Source: Anolis carolinensis | Lineage: Eukaryota | Length of the DNA stretch: 64,000 bases | Assembly: GCF_035594765.1 (NCBI RefSeq) | Contig: NW_026943819.1 | Location: 30,306,703 to 30,370,702, forward strand | Direction: 5' to 3' | In this document: piece by piece, positions 50,660-63,457 of the stretch | Layout of the letters: each line of letters starts with the position of its first letter | Position numbering within the stretch: position 1 is the first letter of the stretch | The notes under the pieces: generated by a model | Seen by the model: the letters and a program-made list of their open reading frames with translations, nothing else | Told to the model about the DNA's origin: nothing | The model's database searches: none | Program-made: the position numbers and the translations under genes

Positions 50660-53655
50660 GCCTTTGTCCTGATGTCTTGCTCCTGGGCTGCAAGGATCAG
50701 GCCTTCTGTCTCCTTCTTCAGGGTCCCATTCGTGAGCCAGAGCCAGGTCTTCTCCTTATCAGCTTTTCCTTCTATTTTGTCATGGAACTTTCCATGCCAT
50801 GTTTTGTTGTGCCAGCTGTCAGCTCTAGTTTGTAGTGCGGTTTTCTTGTACTGGTTTTTTGTCTGCTGTGCTTTGAGGAGTTTGATTTTTGACTTCAATC
50901 AAAGCAGGTTCTTCACTTTGCTTTACATATTTTATTATGATTAAATGTAATAATAGTAGCTATAAGATTAATAAATTGTCTTATTAATGGTTTGATTTTA
51001 ATTGTATGTTTCAATTTTTCATTTGTGTGTTTTTGGTATTTGATGTTTTTGTATGTATACTCTTTTGCATTTGTAAGCCACCCTGAGTCCCTGCGGAGAG
51101 ATAGAGGTGGGGTACAAGAATAAAATAATAATAATAATTAATACTATTAATCTATTAATACTATTACTGCATTTATTATTGTATTTATATGTATTTATTA
51201 TATAATTTCATTGCTGTTGTTGTTGTTTACAGCCTGCCTTTGATTGAGGTGCACAGCAACAAAAGTGACCTCTTTGTTGATTCCCCGTTTGCAGAGCGGC
51301 TCTAGCGGCCCACTTCATATTAATTAATATTACAGCTTATTGTATTTATTACAGCATTGCGCTCTCTTTGTTGTTTTGCAGAGTGGCTCTCACGGCCCAC
51401 TTCATATTGATTAATATTACAACTACTACGGGTATTATTGTTATTGCCTTTATTTCAGCATTGCACTCTATTGTTTTGCAGAGTGGCTCTCACGGCCCAC
51501 TTCATATTGATTAATATTACAACTACTACGGGTATTATTGTTATTGCATTTATTACAGCATTGCACTCTATTGTTTTGCAGAGTGGCTCTCGCGGCCCAC
51601 TTCATATTGATTAATATTACAACTACTACGGGTATTATTGTTATTGCATTTATTACAGCATTGTGCTCTCTTTGTTGTTTTGCAGAGTGGCTCTCACGGC
51701 CCACTTCATATTGATTAATATTACAACTACTACGGTTATTATTGTTATTGCATTTATTTCAGCATTGCACTCTATTGTTTTGCAGAGTGGCTCTCACGGC
51801 CCACTTCATATTGATTAATATTACAACCACTACGGGTATTATTGTTATTGCCTTTATTACAGCATTGCGCTCTCTTTGTTGTTTTGCAGAGTGGCTCTCA
51901 CGGCCCACTTCATATTGATTAATATTACAACTACTACGGGTATTATTGTTATTGCCTTTATTACAGCATTGCGCTCTCTTTGTTGTTTTGCAGAGTGGCT
52001 CTCACGGCCCACTTCATATTGATTAATATTACAACTACTACGGGTATTATTGTTATTGCCTTTATTTCAGCATTGCACTCTATTGTTTTGCAGAGTGGCT
52101 CTCACGGCCCACTTCATATTGATTAATATTACAACTACTACGGGTATTATTGTTATTGCATTTATTACAGCATTGCACTCTATTGTTTTGCAGAGTGGCT
52201 CTCGCGGCCCACTTCATATTGATTAATATTACAACTACTACGGGTATTATTGTTATTGCATTTATTACAGCATTGTGCTCTCTTTGTTGTTTTGCAGAGT
52301 GGCTCTCACGGCCCACTTCATATTGATTAATATTACAACTACTACGGTTATTATTGTTATTGCATTTATTTCAGCATTGCACTCTATTGTTTTGCAGAGT
52401 GGCTCTCACGGCCCACTTCATATTGATTAATATTACAACCACTACGGGTATTATTGTTATTGCCTTTATTACAGCATTGCGCTCTCTTTGCTGTTTTGCA
52501 GAGTGGCTCTCGCGGCCCACTTCATATTGATTAATATTACAACTACTACGGTTATTATTGTTATTGCATTTATTTCAGCATTGCACTCTATTGTTTTGCA
52601 GAGTGGCTCTCACGGCCCACTTCATATTGATTAATATTACAACCACTACGGGTATTATTGTTATTGCCTTTATTACAGCATTGCGCTCTCTTTGCTGTTT
52701 TGCAGAGCGGCCGTGGCGGCCCGTGTCCTCTCCCGGCGCCCGGCGGTACCCGCTGCTCTTCAACGTCTCCGTCCCGGACTTTGAGAAGATCACGCTGGCG
52801 GAGCTGCGTCTCTTCACGCTGGTGGAGCGGGACCACGCGCGGTACGACAGCCTGGGCGGGAAGGTGACGGTGCTGGAGGTCCACCAAGGCGGAGGCGGGG
52901 AGGATCCTAAGAGGAGGGTCCTGGCCTCCAGGCACACCTTCGGCACCGACCACGAGTGGAAGACCTTCGAGGTGACGGAGGCCGTCCGCAAGGCACATCG
53001 ACTCCACGCCAGCCTTCTTCGCCTGGAGGTCCAGATCGAGAACCGAGGAGGAGGAAGAGGAGGAGGAGGAGGACGGGACCCCGAGAGGAGAGTGGACGTC
53101 GACCTGGACACGGAGGCCAAGCACGAGCCGCTCCTGATCGTCTTCTCCGACGACCGGAGCCAGGCCGCGAGGGAGGCCCAGCTCCAGCTCAACGAGATGA
53201 TGGAGCACGAAGGGCCGGTGGCGCCGGAGGAGGAGGAGGAGGAGAACCCCTGGGACCGGGACGGAGACCTCCTCCAGATGCGCTCCAACCTGATCTACGA
53301 CTCGGCCTCTCGCCGGCGGAGGAACGCCAAGGCCGGGGTGGGCGCGGGCTGCAAGAAGGCCTCGCTCCACGTGGACTTCAAGGAGATCGGCTGGGACTCC
53401 TGGATCATCGCCCCGCTGCACTACGACGCCTTCCAGTGCCGCGGGGCCTGCGCCTTCCCGCTGGACGGGCCGCCCTCCACCACGCACGCCATGGCCCGGG
53501 CCCTCCTCCGCCTCGGGGACCCCGACCGGGCCGCCCCCGTCTGCTGCGTGCCCACCCGCCTGGCCCCCATCTCCCTCCTCTACCTGGAGAAGGGCGTCGT
53601 CACCTTCAAGACCAAGTACGAGGACATGGTGGTGGCCGAGTGCGGATGCCGGTAG
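48638..53655 (+). CDS. BMP10: Bone morphogenetic protein 10 precursor, 2 exons, 414 aa
   Basis: join(48638-48932,52706-53655), phase-1 intron. Prodomain motif PPEYMLEL..SMPAANIVRSFKNE, LLQMRSNLIYD, furin site RRRR|NAK, TGF-beta cystine knot DFKEIGWDSWIIAP...CCVPT...ECGCR. Synteny. Confidence 0.95.
49021..50885 (-). mobile_element. R4/Dong-clade LINE fragment in the BMP10 intron, with repeated 3' tails and TAA-separated internal duplications
   Basis: CRLC..HILSCC zinc knuckle, RHN, PD..D, K..Y RLE motifs; (TAA)n tails. Confidence 0.85.
51290..52705 (+). repeat. 100/104-bp tandem array built from the BMP10 splice acceptor
   Basis: Fifteen tttgcag|ag junctions; 612-bp higher-order period. Confidence 0.93.
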
Positions 53656-53839
53656 GGCCGCCCCAAGCCCCCCCCCCCCGGTCAGTGTGGACGGACTCCG
53701 GCCCTTGTACAGCCCCCCCCCCCGGTCTCATTTGGGAGGCGTGTACAGGTCACGGACACGGGGGTACAACGGGGCACTGAGACGGTCAGGGAAGATGGCG
53801 TGGCCCGTGCGGAAAGCGGAGAGACTAAGTGAAAGACAG

Positions 53840-54710
53840 GATGCTATAGGTGCGACTCATGCGCTGCAGCACAGACTGGATCCACACTGGGATATCATGC
53901 GTTATCGCAGGCACGGGAAAACTTTAGTTTCCCCTCCATCCGGTAGGACAGGTCACCATAGGTGTGAATTATGCACTGCAGCACAGACTGGATCCACACT
54001 GCCGTACAATGCGCATAAGGTCTGACATGCTAGGTCCAGCATGTAATGTCTTTCTCTAATCCTCCTCCTCCTCCTCTCCAGATGCTAGAGAAGTACAGGT
54101 CACCATAGGTGCAACTCATGCGCTGCAGCACAGACGGGATCCACACTGGGATATCATGCGTTATCGCAGGCACGGGAAAACTTTAGTTTCCCCTCCATCT
54201 GGTAGGACAGGTCACCATAGGTGCGATTCATGCGCTGCAGCACAGACCGGAACAACACTGGGATATCATGCGTTATCACAGGCACGGGCACACTTTAGTT
54301 TCCCCTCCATCCGGTAGGACAGGTCACCATAGGTGTGAATCATGCGCTGCAGCACAGACTGGATCCACACTGGGATATCATGCATTACAGCAGGCACGGG
54401 AAAACTTTAGCTTCCCCTCCATCCGGTAGGACAGGTCACCATAGGTGCGATTCATGCACTGCAGCACAGGCTGAATCCACGCTTCTGTATCATGTGTTAT
54501 CGCAGGCATGGGCAAAGTTTAGCTTCCCCTCCATCCGGTAAGACAGGTCACCATAGGTGCGATTCATGCGCTGCAGCACAGACTGGATCCACACTGGGAT
54601 ATCATGCATTACAGCAGGCACGGGCACACTTTAGCTTCCCCTCCATCTGGTAGGACAGGTCACCATAGGTGCGATTCATGCTCTGCAGCACAGACTGGAT
54701 CCACACTGCC
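53840..54710. repeat. ~112-bp tandem repeat (~8 units) just after the BMP10 stop
   Basis: Repeats of caggtcaccataggtgcgattcatgcgctgcagcacagactgg. Confidence 0.88.
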
Positions 54711-55682
54711 ATTTCACGTTTTATTGGGCTCTCAATGCAAAGGGACTTTTCTCCTTCCGGACCAAGCTCTGCGTGGCCTCCGCTCCAGCGGCATGCACGC
54801 ACACATGCACGCATGCGGTGTCGGGGTCACATGCCATGTTTCCGCCACTCTCCTCCGACAAATGGCTGCGATAAGAAGGTGTCGGGGCCGAGAAGCCATG
54901 GGCCTGGTGCTTTATTTATACTAAGCTGGAGATTTGTCAGATTCTTTGGGAAGTGTAATTGACGCGGGCAAGTCCATTGGGCCAGACCTTCCCCGGCCTC
55001 CCTTTTAGTCTTTTAAGGCAAAGAGTGCGGCTCCTCCGCCAGAGATAATCAGGACTGACCGACTGACCGACCGACTGACCGACCATCCCCCCCCCAAAGC
55101 CCCCTCCCAGGACTGGACTATTTATTGCTCTATTTATTGACAGATTCTCCTTGTAAATATAATGTAGAATATGGAAATGTTGCATTTTATTTTATTTTTT
55201 TGTGCTTGTAGCTTCTGGTGCATCGAATCGTATCGCAGATTCCCCTGAAAGTGTTTGTAAATAGGCATCGTCATGTTTCCTTTTGTAAAAAAGTGTTATG
55301 CAAAATATAACGGCATCCAATAGACAGGTTTGTCTCTCTCTCTGTGTTGTCGTTGTTATTGCACTGAAGTCAATGGAGAGGCATGAGTTGGCCACGTTTG
55401 AGTTGAATCCGGTTGAATTCCGTGGCTGAATTCCAGGAGGACCGGCGGGCACTTCTTCACGCTTACTCAATTCCATGGAGTGCGACACTTAAACTCCGGG
55501 AAGCCACTGCTCTCGTCATATTAGTTTGGCTTCGAGTGTAGTAGAGAGCATTCTTTGCGCATTTGGAGCATCGGGTCCAGAATTCTTTTCAAATGTTTCA
55601 GGAGGTGATAGGGAACTGGATTTTTTGAAAATCATCTGGATATGTGGCCAGTTCTCTAATGTGATGGCATTCATGAGTGGGG

Positions 55683-55733
<51 letters not shown>

Positions 55734-58648
55734 ACATCATTTCTATTCCGCCCTGTCAATCAGAAGCTGATCTTTGGTGCCCTTACTTCTTCTTTTAATG
55801 CCTTTTTGTTCTACTGGCAAGATGTTATTGCATCCATGCACAGCTATGAAAGTGGGCAAAAAGCATGCACTAAAAAGGACTTTGCTAATTGCAAAGAGTG
55901 CAATAGACAGCTCCCAGGATCGCATTGCATCAATGCATAGCTATGAAAGTGGAGCAAAAAAGCACGGACAAAAAAGGTCTTTGCAAATTGCAAAGAGTGC
56001 AAAAGACAGCTCCCAGGATTGCATTGCATCCATGCACGGCTAGGAAGGTGGGCAAAAAAGCACATACACAAAGGGTCTTTGCAAATTGCAGAGTGCAAAA
56101 GACAGCTCCCGGGATCCCATTGCATCCATGCATGGCCATGAAAGTGGGGCAAAAGGCATGCATCATTTGTACACTCAAAAGGTCTTTGCAAAATTCACCC
56201 TGCTCCAAAAGGCAGGGCATCCCATGCAACCACGAAACCCCGTTGTCCTTTTGCAAAACGTTGTCTGAGCCTTGCTGCCTGCAGTGCCTCCTTTCCAGGG
56301 CATCTTCCCAGAGCAAATGTCAGCCTGCTTTGGGTGCCAAGGAGGTTAATCAGGGCGGGAGGGTGTTGAAAGGCCCTCAGACCCCCAAAAACATTCCCAG
56401 CGTCCAGCGCCCGTGTTGGCCTTTGCTGTGGCAACTCCTTATCTCCAAAGAGATTAGCGGATTTTTCCAATCTCGGTTTGCAAAGATGGATCCATTTCCT
56501 GAGCTGTCACCACCATCACAGGCAGCAGGAGCCAAAACTTCAGCAAAGGCTGCAAGGAGCACATCCGCACCATGGAACGGGCTAGTTGTTGTTGTTGTTG
56601 CTATTATTATATATAATAATAATAATAATAACTTACAATGTTACATTGTTATATTATTATATATCATTATTTTATATTATTATTATATATCATTATTTCC
56701 TGCTTCTTAGCAGGGGGTTGGACTGGATGGCCCATGAGGTCTCTTCCAACTCTACTATTCTATGATTCTATGATTATAATTATATAATTTATTATTTATT
56801 TATTTACAGCATTTATATTCCGCCCTTCTCACCCCGAAGGGGACTCATATATAATATAATGTTATATTATTATTATATTATTATTATATATCATTATTTT
56901 ATATTATTTTATATTATTATTATTATTATATAATGCTATTATATTATTATTATTATATATCATTATTTTATATTATTGTTATTATTATTATTGACACAAC
57001 AACATTGTACAGTATGGCACAGCAAACAAGATAAATATGCTGGATTTTGTATCACAAAATCACAAGTCGAACACTTCCCAGGTGTTGTTGTTATTGTTAT
57101 TATTATTATTATTATTATCTCTGGCTTTGTCCCAGGAGTAATAACTATATACAGTAGAGTCTCACTTATCCAACACTTGCTTATCCAACATTCTGGATTA
57201 TCCAACGCATTTTTGTAGTCAATGTTTAAATATATCGTGATATTTTGGTGCTAAATTCGTAAATACAGTAATTACTACAGAGCATTACTGCGTATTGAAC
57301 TACTTTTTCTGCCAAATTTTTTGTGTAACATGATGTTTTGGTGCTTCATTTGTGAAATCATAGCCTAATTTGATGTTTAATAGGCTTTTCCTTAATGCCT
57401 CCTTATTATCCAACATATTTGCTTATCCAACATTCTGCCGGCCCGATTAGATTGGATAAGTGAGACTCTACTGTATAACTCGCAGGAGTAGTAACTATAG
57501 CGGTTCATGATCTTAAAAACACTTTAACACTGAAAAACCTACAAAATATACTCCCAAAATTGACACAGCCTAGCCTTTCCACTGCTCAGGATGATGGGAC
57601 TTGTAGTCCAACACACTCGAAGCTGAGGGTGATGGGGTTTATAGTCTAGTGCGCATGAAACGGGACGGCCTGGACGGGCGCACAGGGAACGCCATAGAGA
57701 ACGCCCGGAAGCATGCGCATGAGTTCTAGCGCACGGAAGTGGTGGCGCGACACGCTTCAAAGCAACATTCCAAAACAAAGCAGAGCCTCGTATTACGACC
57801 GACCGACCGACCGACCGACCGAGCCGTGTTCCTTGGGAAAAGCGGCTCCGGCCAGAGGTCGAGGTCCGGCTTGCGGAGGCCGTTGGCCTTTCTATAAATA
57901 CGGCCATTAGCGCCCGGTTCCTTCCTTCCTTCCTTCCTTCCTTCCTTCCCGGCTTGACCTCCGAGGCCACAAGGCAACGCTTTCTCAAAGAGGCGCAAAG
58001 GCCCTGCCTGCCAGGAGGAGACGCGGAGCATTTCTGGTGCGCTCTTCCTATCTGCAAGGGAAGTGGGAGAGGGGCCTCGCGGGTGCAAAAACGGACACCC
58101 GCTCACATCCGCTGGCAAAGCAGCCCAGGCTCTCTCTCTCTCTCTCTCTCTCTCTCTTGCGTCATAGGAAAAAATGCACAACATGTTTCCAAGGGCAGAG
58201 CAGGCTTGTGGGACTTTCCATCCGGGAAAGCATTCACGTCTTTCATTCCTGGGCTCTGGCGTCTTGCAAAGGCATCTTGCAAATATTGTTATGTCCGCAC
58301 AACAGCTTGGTGTTCACACTGACCTTGCCGTGATGGCAAAGAAACCCACAATCCAAAAAGCCATCGTAAAACCCAGCAGCCACTCCAAAGGACGCTCCCC
58401 AAAATCCACCTTAAAATCCAGGAAGACAAACCAGAGGAGGCCTCCCCGAAACCCACCTTGGAATTAGGCAGCTGTGCCAAGAAGAGGCCCGAAACCCACC
58501 TTAAAATCCAGGCAAATATCAACAAATTCCCTAATTGTATTATGATAGGTTGTTTTTATATTTTGCTATATTGTATTGTTCTGGGCATGGCCCCATGTAA
58601 GCCGCCCCGAGTCCCCGTTGGGGAGATGGTGGCGGGATATAAATAAAG

Positions 58649-58701
<53 letters not shown>

Positions 58702-58764
58702 CCCACCAAACCCACCTTAAAATCCAGGCAAAGATCCCAACGGATTCCCCACCAAACCCACCTT

Positions 58765-59245
58765 GAAGCTCGGGGGTGATGGGACTTGTAGTTCAATAAT
58801 CTTGAAGCCCAGTGTGATGGGGCTTGTAGTCTAACAACCTTGTGCCCCAAGGTGATGGGACTTGTAGTCCAACACACCTGAATCACAGGGTGATAGGACT
58901 TGTAGTCCAGAAGCTCAGGGCATTGGGACTTGTAGTCCAACAACCTTGAAGCTCAGGGTGATGGGACTTGTAATCCACTGCACTTGAAGCTCAGGGTGAT
59001 GGGACTTGTAGTCCAAGACACCTGAAGCTCAGCGTGATGGGACTTGTAGTCTAACAACCTTGAAGCTCAGGGTGATGGTACTTGTAGTCCAAGACACCTG
59101 AAGCTCAGGGTGATGGGACTTGTAATCCACCGCACTTGAAGCTCAGGGTGATGGGACTTGTAATCCACCACACTTGAAGCTCAGGGTGATGGGACTTGTA
59201 GTCCAACAACCTTGAACCTTGCGGTGATGGGACTTGTAGTCCAAG
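58765..59245. repeat. ~35-bp minisatellite
   Basis: Repeats of gaagctcagggtgatgggacttgtagtccaa. Confidence 0.88.
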
Positions 59246-59785
59246 ACAAATTGCATGTTTTTTTTTCCTCTTCTGTCCAAATACAATTTCTGCCCAATTC
59301 TGCATTTTTGGAAATGCCCGGAATTTCCGAAGTGACATTGCAAACCTTGTAAGCAACAGAAACCCAAATGCACCAGACCTTTTTTTTTAATAAACCCTGA
59401 GGCACCCTCCACGGAGCATCTCGAGGTGCGTTTCTGTTTCCTTTTGTGCGTTTCATTCCTCCGTCTTTCCTTTTCCGTTCATGGCAGAATTGCAATCGGA
59501 CACAGAAAGCGCCCCGTGGCAAACCACGTGGCCAAAACGCACCTCCCTGCGATTGCATTCTCCCTAGTTGGGTTTCCCGTGCATTCGGAATCCCGTTCCT
59601 TTAACGAACGAGCCGTCCTTCCGTTCATATTACTCCATGTCCTGGATTTTGGCAAGTCAAGGAAACGTCCCTTCCGTTCGCACCAAACTATGTCTCCCAT
59701 TGGGACGATTCCTGCAAGGAACGAAAGCTGCTGCCTGGGGAAGGTGGAAATTTGGAAACGTCTTGTTTTGTTTGGTTCCTCCATT

Positions 59786-59981
59786 TCAGTGGTTCTTTCC
59801 CGACCGGATCACGGCCTTCAAGGACTCCTCCAGGAGCCGGTTGGTCTTCTCCAAGTCGTCCCTCGAACCCCGGACCTCTTGCAGCGTCCGCTCCGTTTCG
59901 GCCGATCGAGCCTTTTCCTTCTCGAGTTCTTCCTTGAGCCGCACCAGTTTGGCCCAGACCTCGTAGTTCTCCTTCTCCAGG
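59786..59981 (-). CDS. ARHGAP25: ARHGAP25 last coding exon (coiled coil)
   Basis: tgcag acceptor, LEKENYEVWAKLVRLKEELEKEK...GKNH*, in phase with the preceding exon. Confidence 0.9.
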
Positions 59982-60049
59982 CTGCAAAGGGCACAGACAT
60001 TGAGATCAATAACCCAATCTCATAGAATAATATTGTTGCTCCCCTAATA

Positions 60050-60096
<47 letters not shown>

Positions 60097-60097
<1 letters not shown>

Positions 60098-60748
60098 CCA
60101 AAATGCAGACTGTGCAAGGAAGCTGATGAAACCATCGATCATATCCTCAGCTGCTGTAAGAAAATTGCACAGACAGACTACAAACAGAGGCACAACTCTG
60201 TGGCCCAAATGATTCATTGGAACTTATGCCTCAAGTCCCACCTCCCAGCAGCAAAGAACTGGTGGGATCACAAACCTGCAAAAGTATTGGAAAATGAACA
60301 TGCAAAGATACTGTGGGACTTCCGAATCCAGACTGACAAAGTTCTGGAACACAACACACCAGACATCACAGTTGTGGAAAAGAACAAGGTTTGGATCATT
60401 GATGTTGCCATCCCAGGTGACAGTCGCATTGACGAAAAACAACAGGAAAAACTCAGCCGCTCTCAGGACCTCAAGATTGAACTTCAAAGACTCTGGCAGA
60501 AACCAGTGCAGGTGGTCCCGGTGGTGATGGGCACACTGGGTGCCGTGCCAAGAAATCTCAGCCGGCATTTGGAAACAATAGACATTGACAAAATTACGAT
60601 CTGCCAACTGCAAAAGGCCACCCTACTGGGATCTGCAGCATCATCCGAAAATACATCACACAGTCCTAGGCACTTGGGAAGTGTTCGACTTGTGATTTTG
60701 TGATACGAAATCCAGCATATCTATCTTGTTTGCTGTGTCATACAATAA

Positions 60749-60792
<44 letters not shown>

Positions 60793-60884
60793 ATCTCACA
60801 GTCCTAGACACTTGGGAAGTGTTCAACTTGTGGTTTTGTGATACGAAATCCAGCATATCTATCTTGTTTGCTGTGTCATAATAA

Positions 60885-60919
<35 letters not shown>

Positions 60920-61011
60920 ATCACACAGTCCTAGACACTTGGGAAGTGTTCGACTTGTGGTTTTGTGATACGAAATCCAGCATATCTGTCTTGTCTGCTG
61001 TGTCATAATAA

Positions 61012-61059
<48 letters not shown>

Positions 61060-61210
61060 TGCAAAAGGCCACCCTACTGGGATCTGCACGCATTCTCCGA
61101 AAATACATCACACAGTCCTAGACATTTGGGAAGTGTTCGACTTGTGATTTTGTGATACGAAATCCAGCATATCTATCTTGTTTGCTGTGTCATAATAAAA
61201 TAATAATTAT
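60097..61210 (+). mobile_element. R4/Dong-clade LINE 3' fragment with reiterated tails in the last ARHGAP25 intron
   Basis: Same RLE ORF (60200-60703), inserted after (TAA)n, followed by repeated 3'-UTR units. Confidence 0.85.
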
Positions 61211-61955
61211 TATAATAATAAAACTTTATTTGTATTCCGCCCTATCTCCCCGAAGGGACTCAGGGCGGATTCCAACATAAAATGGCAAACATTCAATGCC
61301 TCCAAAAAGCAAACAAATATTGACATAAAAATCCCAGAGAAACCCCACATATAAAAATAACATTAAAACCTCACATCAATTTAAAGTCTAACATCAATAA
61401 ATTAAACCTAACATCAATAAATCAAACTATGTGTAGTCAAAAAAATTATATAAAAATTATATAGAAATCCAAACAAGCATCCACATTAATGCATTTGGAC
61501 CCAACTTTGACTGTCATAGCTCAATACGATGGAGTCTTGGAAGCTGTTTTACAAGGTCTGTCTCGGCTCGCCGTCAAATAGTGTTGATGCCTCACCGAAC
61601 TACAACTCCCATGATTCCACAGTACTGAGTTCATACATAGTGCATAGCCAGAGTTCAGAAGCACTCGTCCCAAAATGCCAGGTTAGAACACAAAATCCAA
61701 AAGCTTAACATTAATCCCAAGGTATATCCATGAACACGGACACAGGAACTTCTCCAAAGATATATAGGCGTGAATAGGAACATGAAACAGGAATCTAGGC
61801 TGCAGAGACACCTCAATGCAATGGTTTATTGAAGATAGTATGCAAGCAAAAGCAAATCAAAGTTCAAAGTCACTAAAGCAAGGTACAAGGCGCTTAAGAA
61901 TCTGGAAGAAAGGGTCCATAGAAATCCAAACACAAGGATAAACTTCTATCAAGGT

Positions 61956-62052
61956 CAGGGGTCCCCAAACTAAGGCCCGGGGGCCGGATGCGGCCCTCCA
62001 AGGTCATTTACCTGGCCCCCGCCCTCATTTATAATATATTTTTATATTAGTT

Positions 62053-62107
<55 letters not shown>

Positions 62108-62972
62108 TGATGGCATCACGGCAGCGGACAAAACAACAAAAGTAAACACCCCACAACCTCGAAAATTGACAGCACAACCCATCATCCATGCCTCTAGGTT
62201 GATACAACAAAAAGAAAAGAAAAATAAAGTCCTAATTAGAGGGTGAGGAATAATTGTTTTTATCCAATTGCTGCCAGTTAGAAGGCTAAGCTCTGTTCAC
62301 TTGGTCCCCTAGCAACCCACTCAGCCCAGGGGACCCTTTACCTTCACTACCACCAATTCCTCAATACTTTATTTCTCATACTACCATACTTCGCCACAGC
62401 AACGCGTGGCCGGGCACAGCTAGTATATATATATATATAGATAATATTATCATGTTATACAATATAATACTAATAATAATACCATATAATAATATTAATT
62501 ACATGTTATATATTACATATAATATTACAGTATAGTGGTATGGTTCAATATAGTAATATATAATGCTAATATTGTGCTATGCTAATAATATAATATATTG
62601 TATGTACATACAGCTGCTCTGAGTTCCCTTCGGGGTGAGAAGGGTGGGATATAAATGTAGTAAATGAATAAATAAATAATTTTAGACTTAGGCTCACCCA
62701 CTAGACTTGAAGGCACACAACAACAACAACAACAACAATCCTAATTAAATTGACTATCTCATTGGCCTGATAGGTTTATGTTGGTTAAAATTGTTTTCAT
62801 TTTAAAATATTTTATTGTTCTTTCATTGTTGTTGTTGTTTTGCACTACAAATAAGACATGTGCAGTGTGCATAGGGATTTGTTCGTATTTCTTTTTCAAA
62901 TAATAATTTGGCCCCTCAACAGTCTGAAGGATTGTGGACCGGCCCCCTGCTTAAAAGGTTTGAGGACCCCTG
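61956..62972. mobile_element. Non-autonomous hAT element with nested Helitron
   Basis: CAGGGGTC TIRs with 8-bp TSD ATCAAGGT. Confidence 0.88.
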
Positions 62973-63457
62973 ATCAAGGTAATCGAAACTAGACCAAGGA
63001 ACAGGATCATGAACTGGAACAAGAGATTCAAAATGCAAAGCTTTCGGGAACATGACTTGATAATCCAAAATACCCAGGAACAAGAACAAGAACCAGAAGA
63101 AAGCTCAAGATACAAGGCTTGCAGGAACTTGGCATAAAAGACCGAAGGAAACGTGGAACAAGAGTCCATGAAGCAGGAACAACCTCTCAATGAGCAAAGT
63201 TACCACCTCTGAGCTCACTCTCAGAAGCAGTTCCTCTTAAACTGGAATCAAGTTTTGGGCCCCGCCCCCTCCCCTAGCCCCGCCCCCTAACAGGCGCCGC
63301 AGGACAGGGATAGAAGCTCAGCCCTGCTTCAGAGCTCGTAACTCCGCCCATCCCAGTCCTGGCCACCCATTTGTTGGCCCCGTCCACAAATGGGGCGGCA
63401 GGCCAAATAAGTTTGGGAACCACTGGTGTAGACGTTCTCCCAAAGGTGGGCCTTTAC

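Noticed and set aside
48638-53655. GDF2/BMP9 identity
   Set aside because: R|NAK cleavage context, DFKEIGWDSWIIAP, LLQMRSN motif and the GKN/ARHGAP25 neighbours indicate BMP10.
52575-53780. Overlapping and antisense ORFs on BMP10 exon 2
   Set aside because: Expected shadow ORFs in very GC-rich coding sequence.
55500-56710. 261-aa plus-strand ORF and a ~52-codon minus-strand ORF near 55520-55675
   Set aside because: The first overlaps a ~100-bp degenerate repeat; neither has recognisable homology or supportable exon structure.
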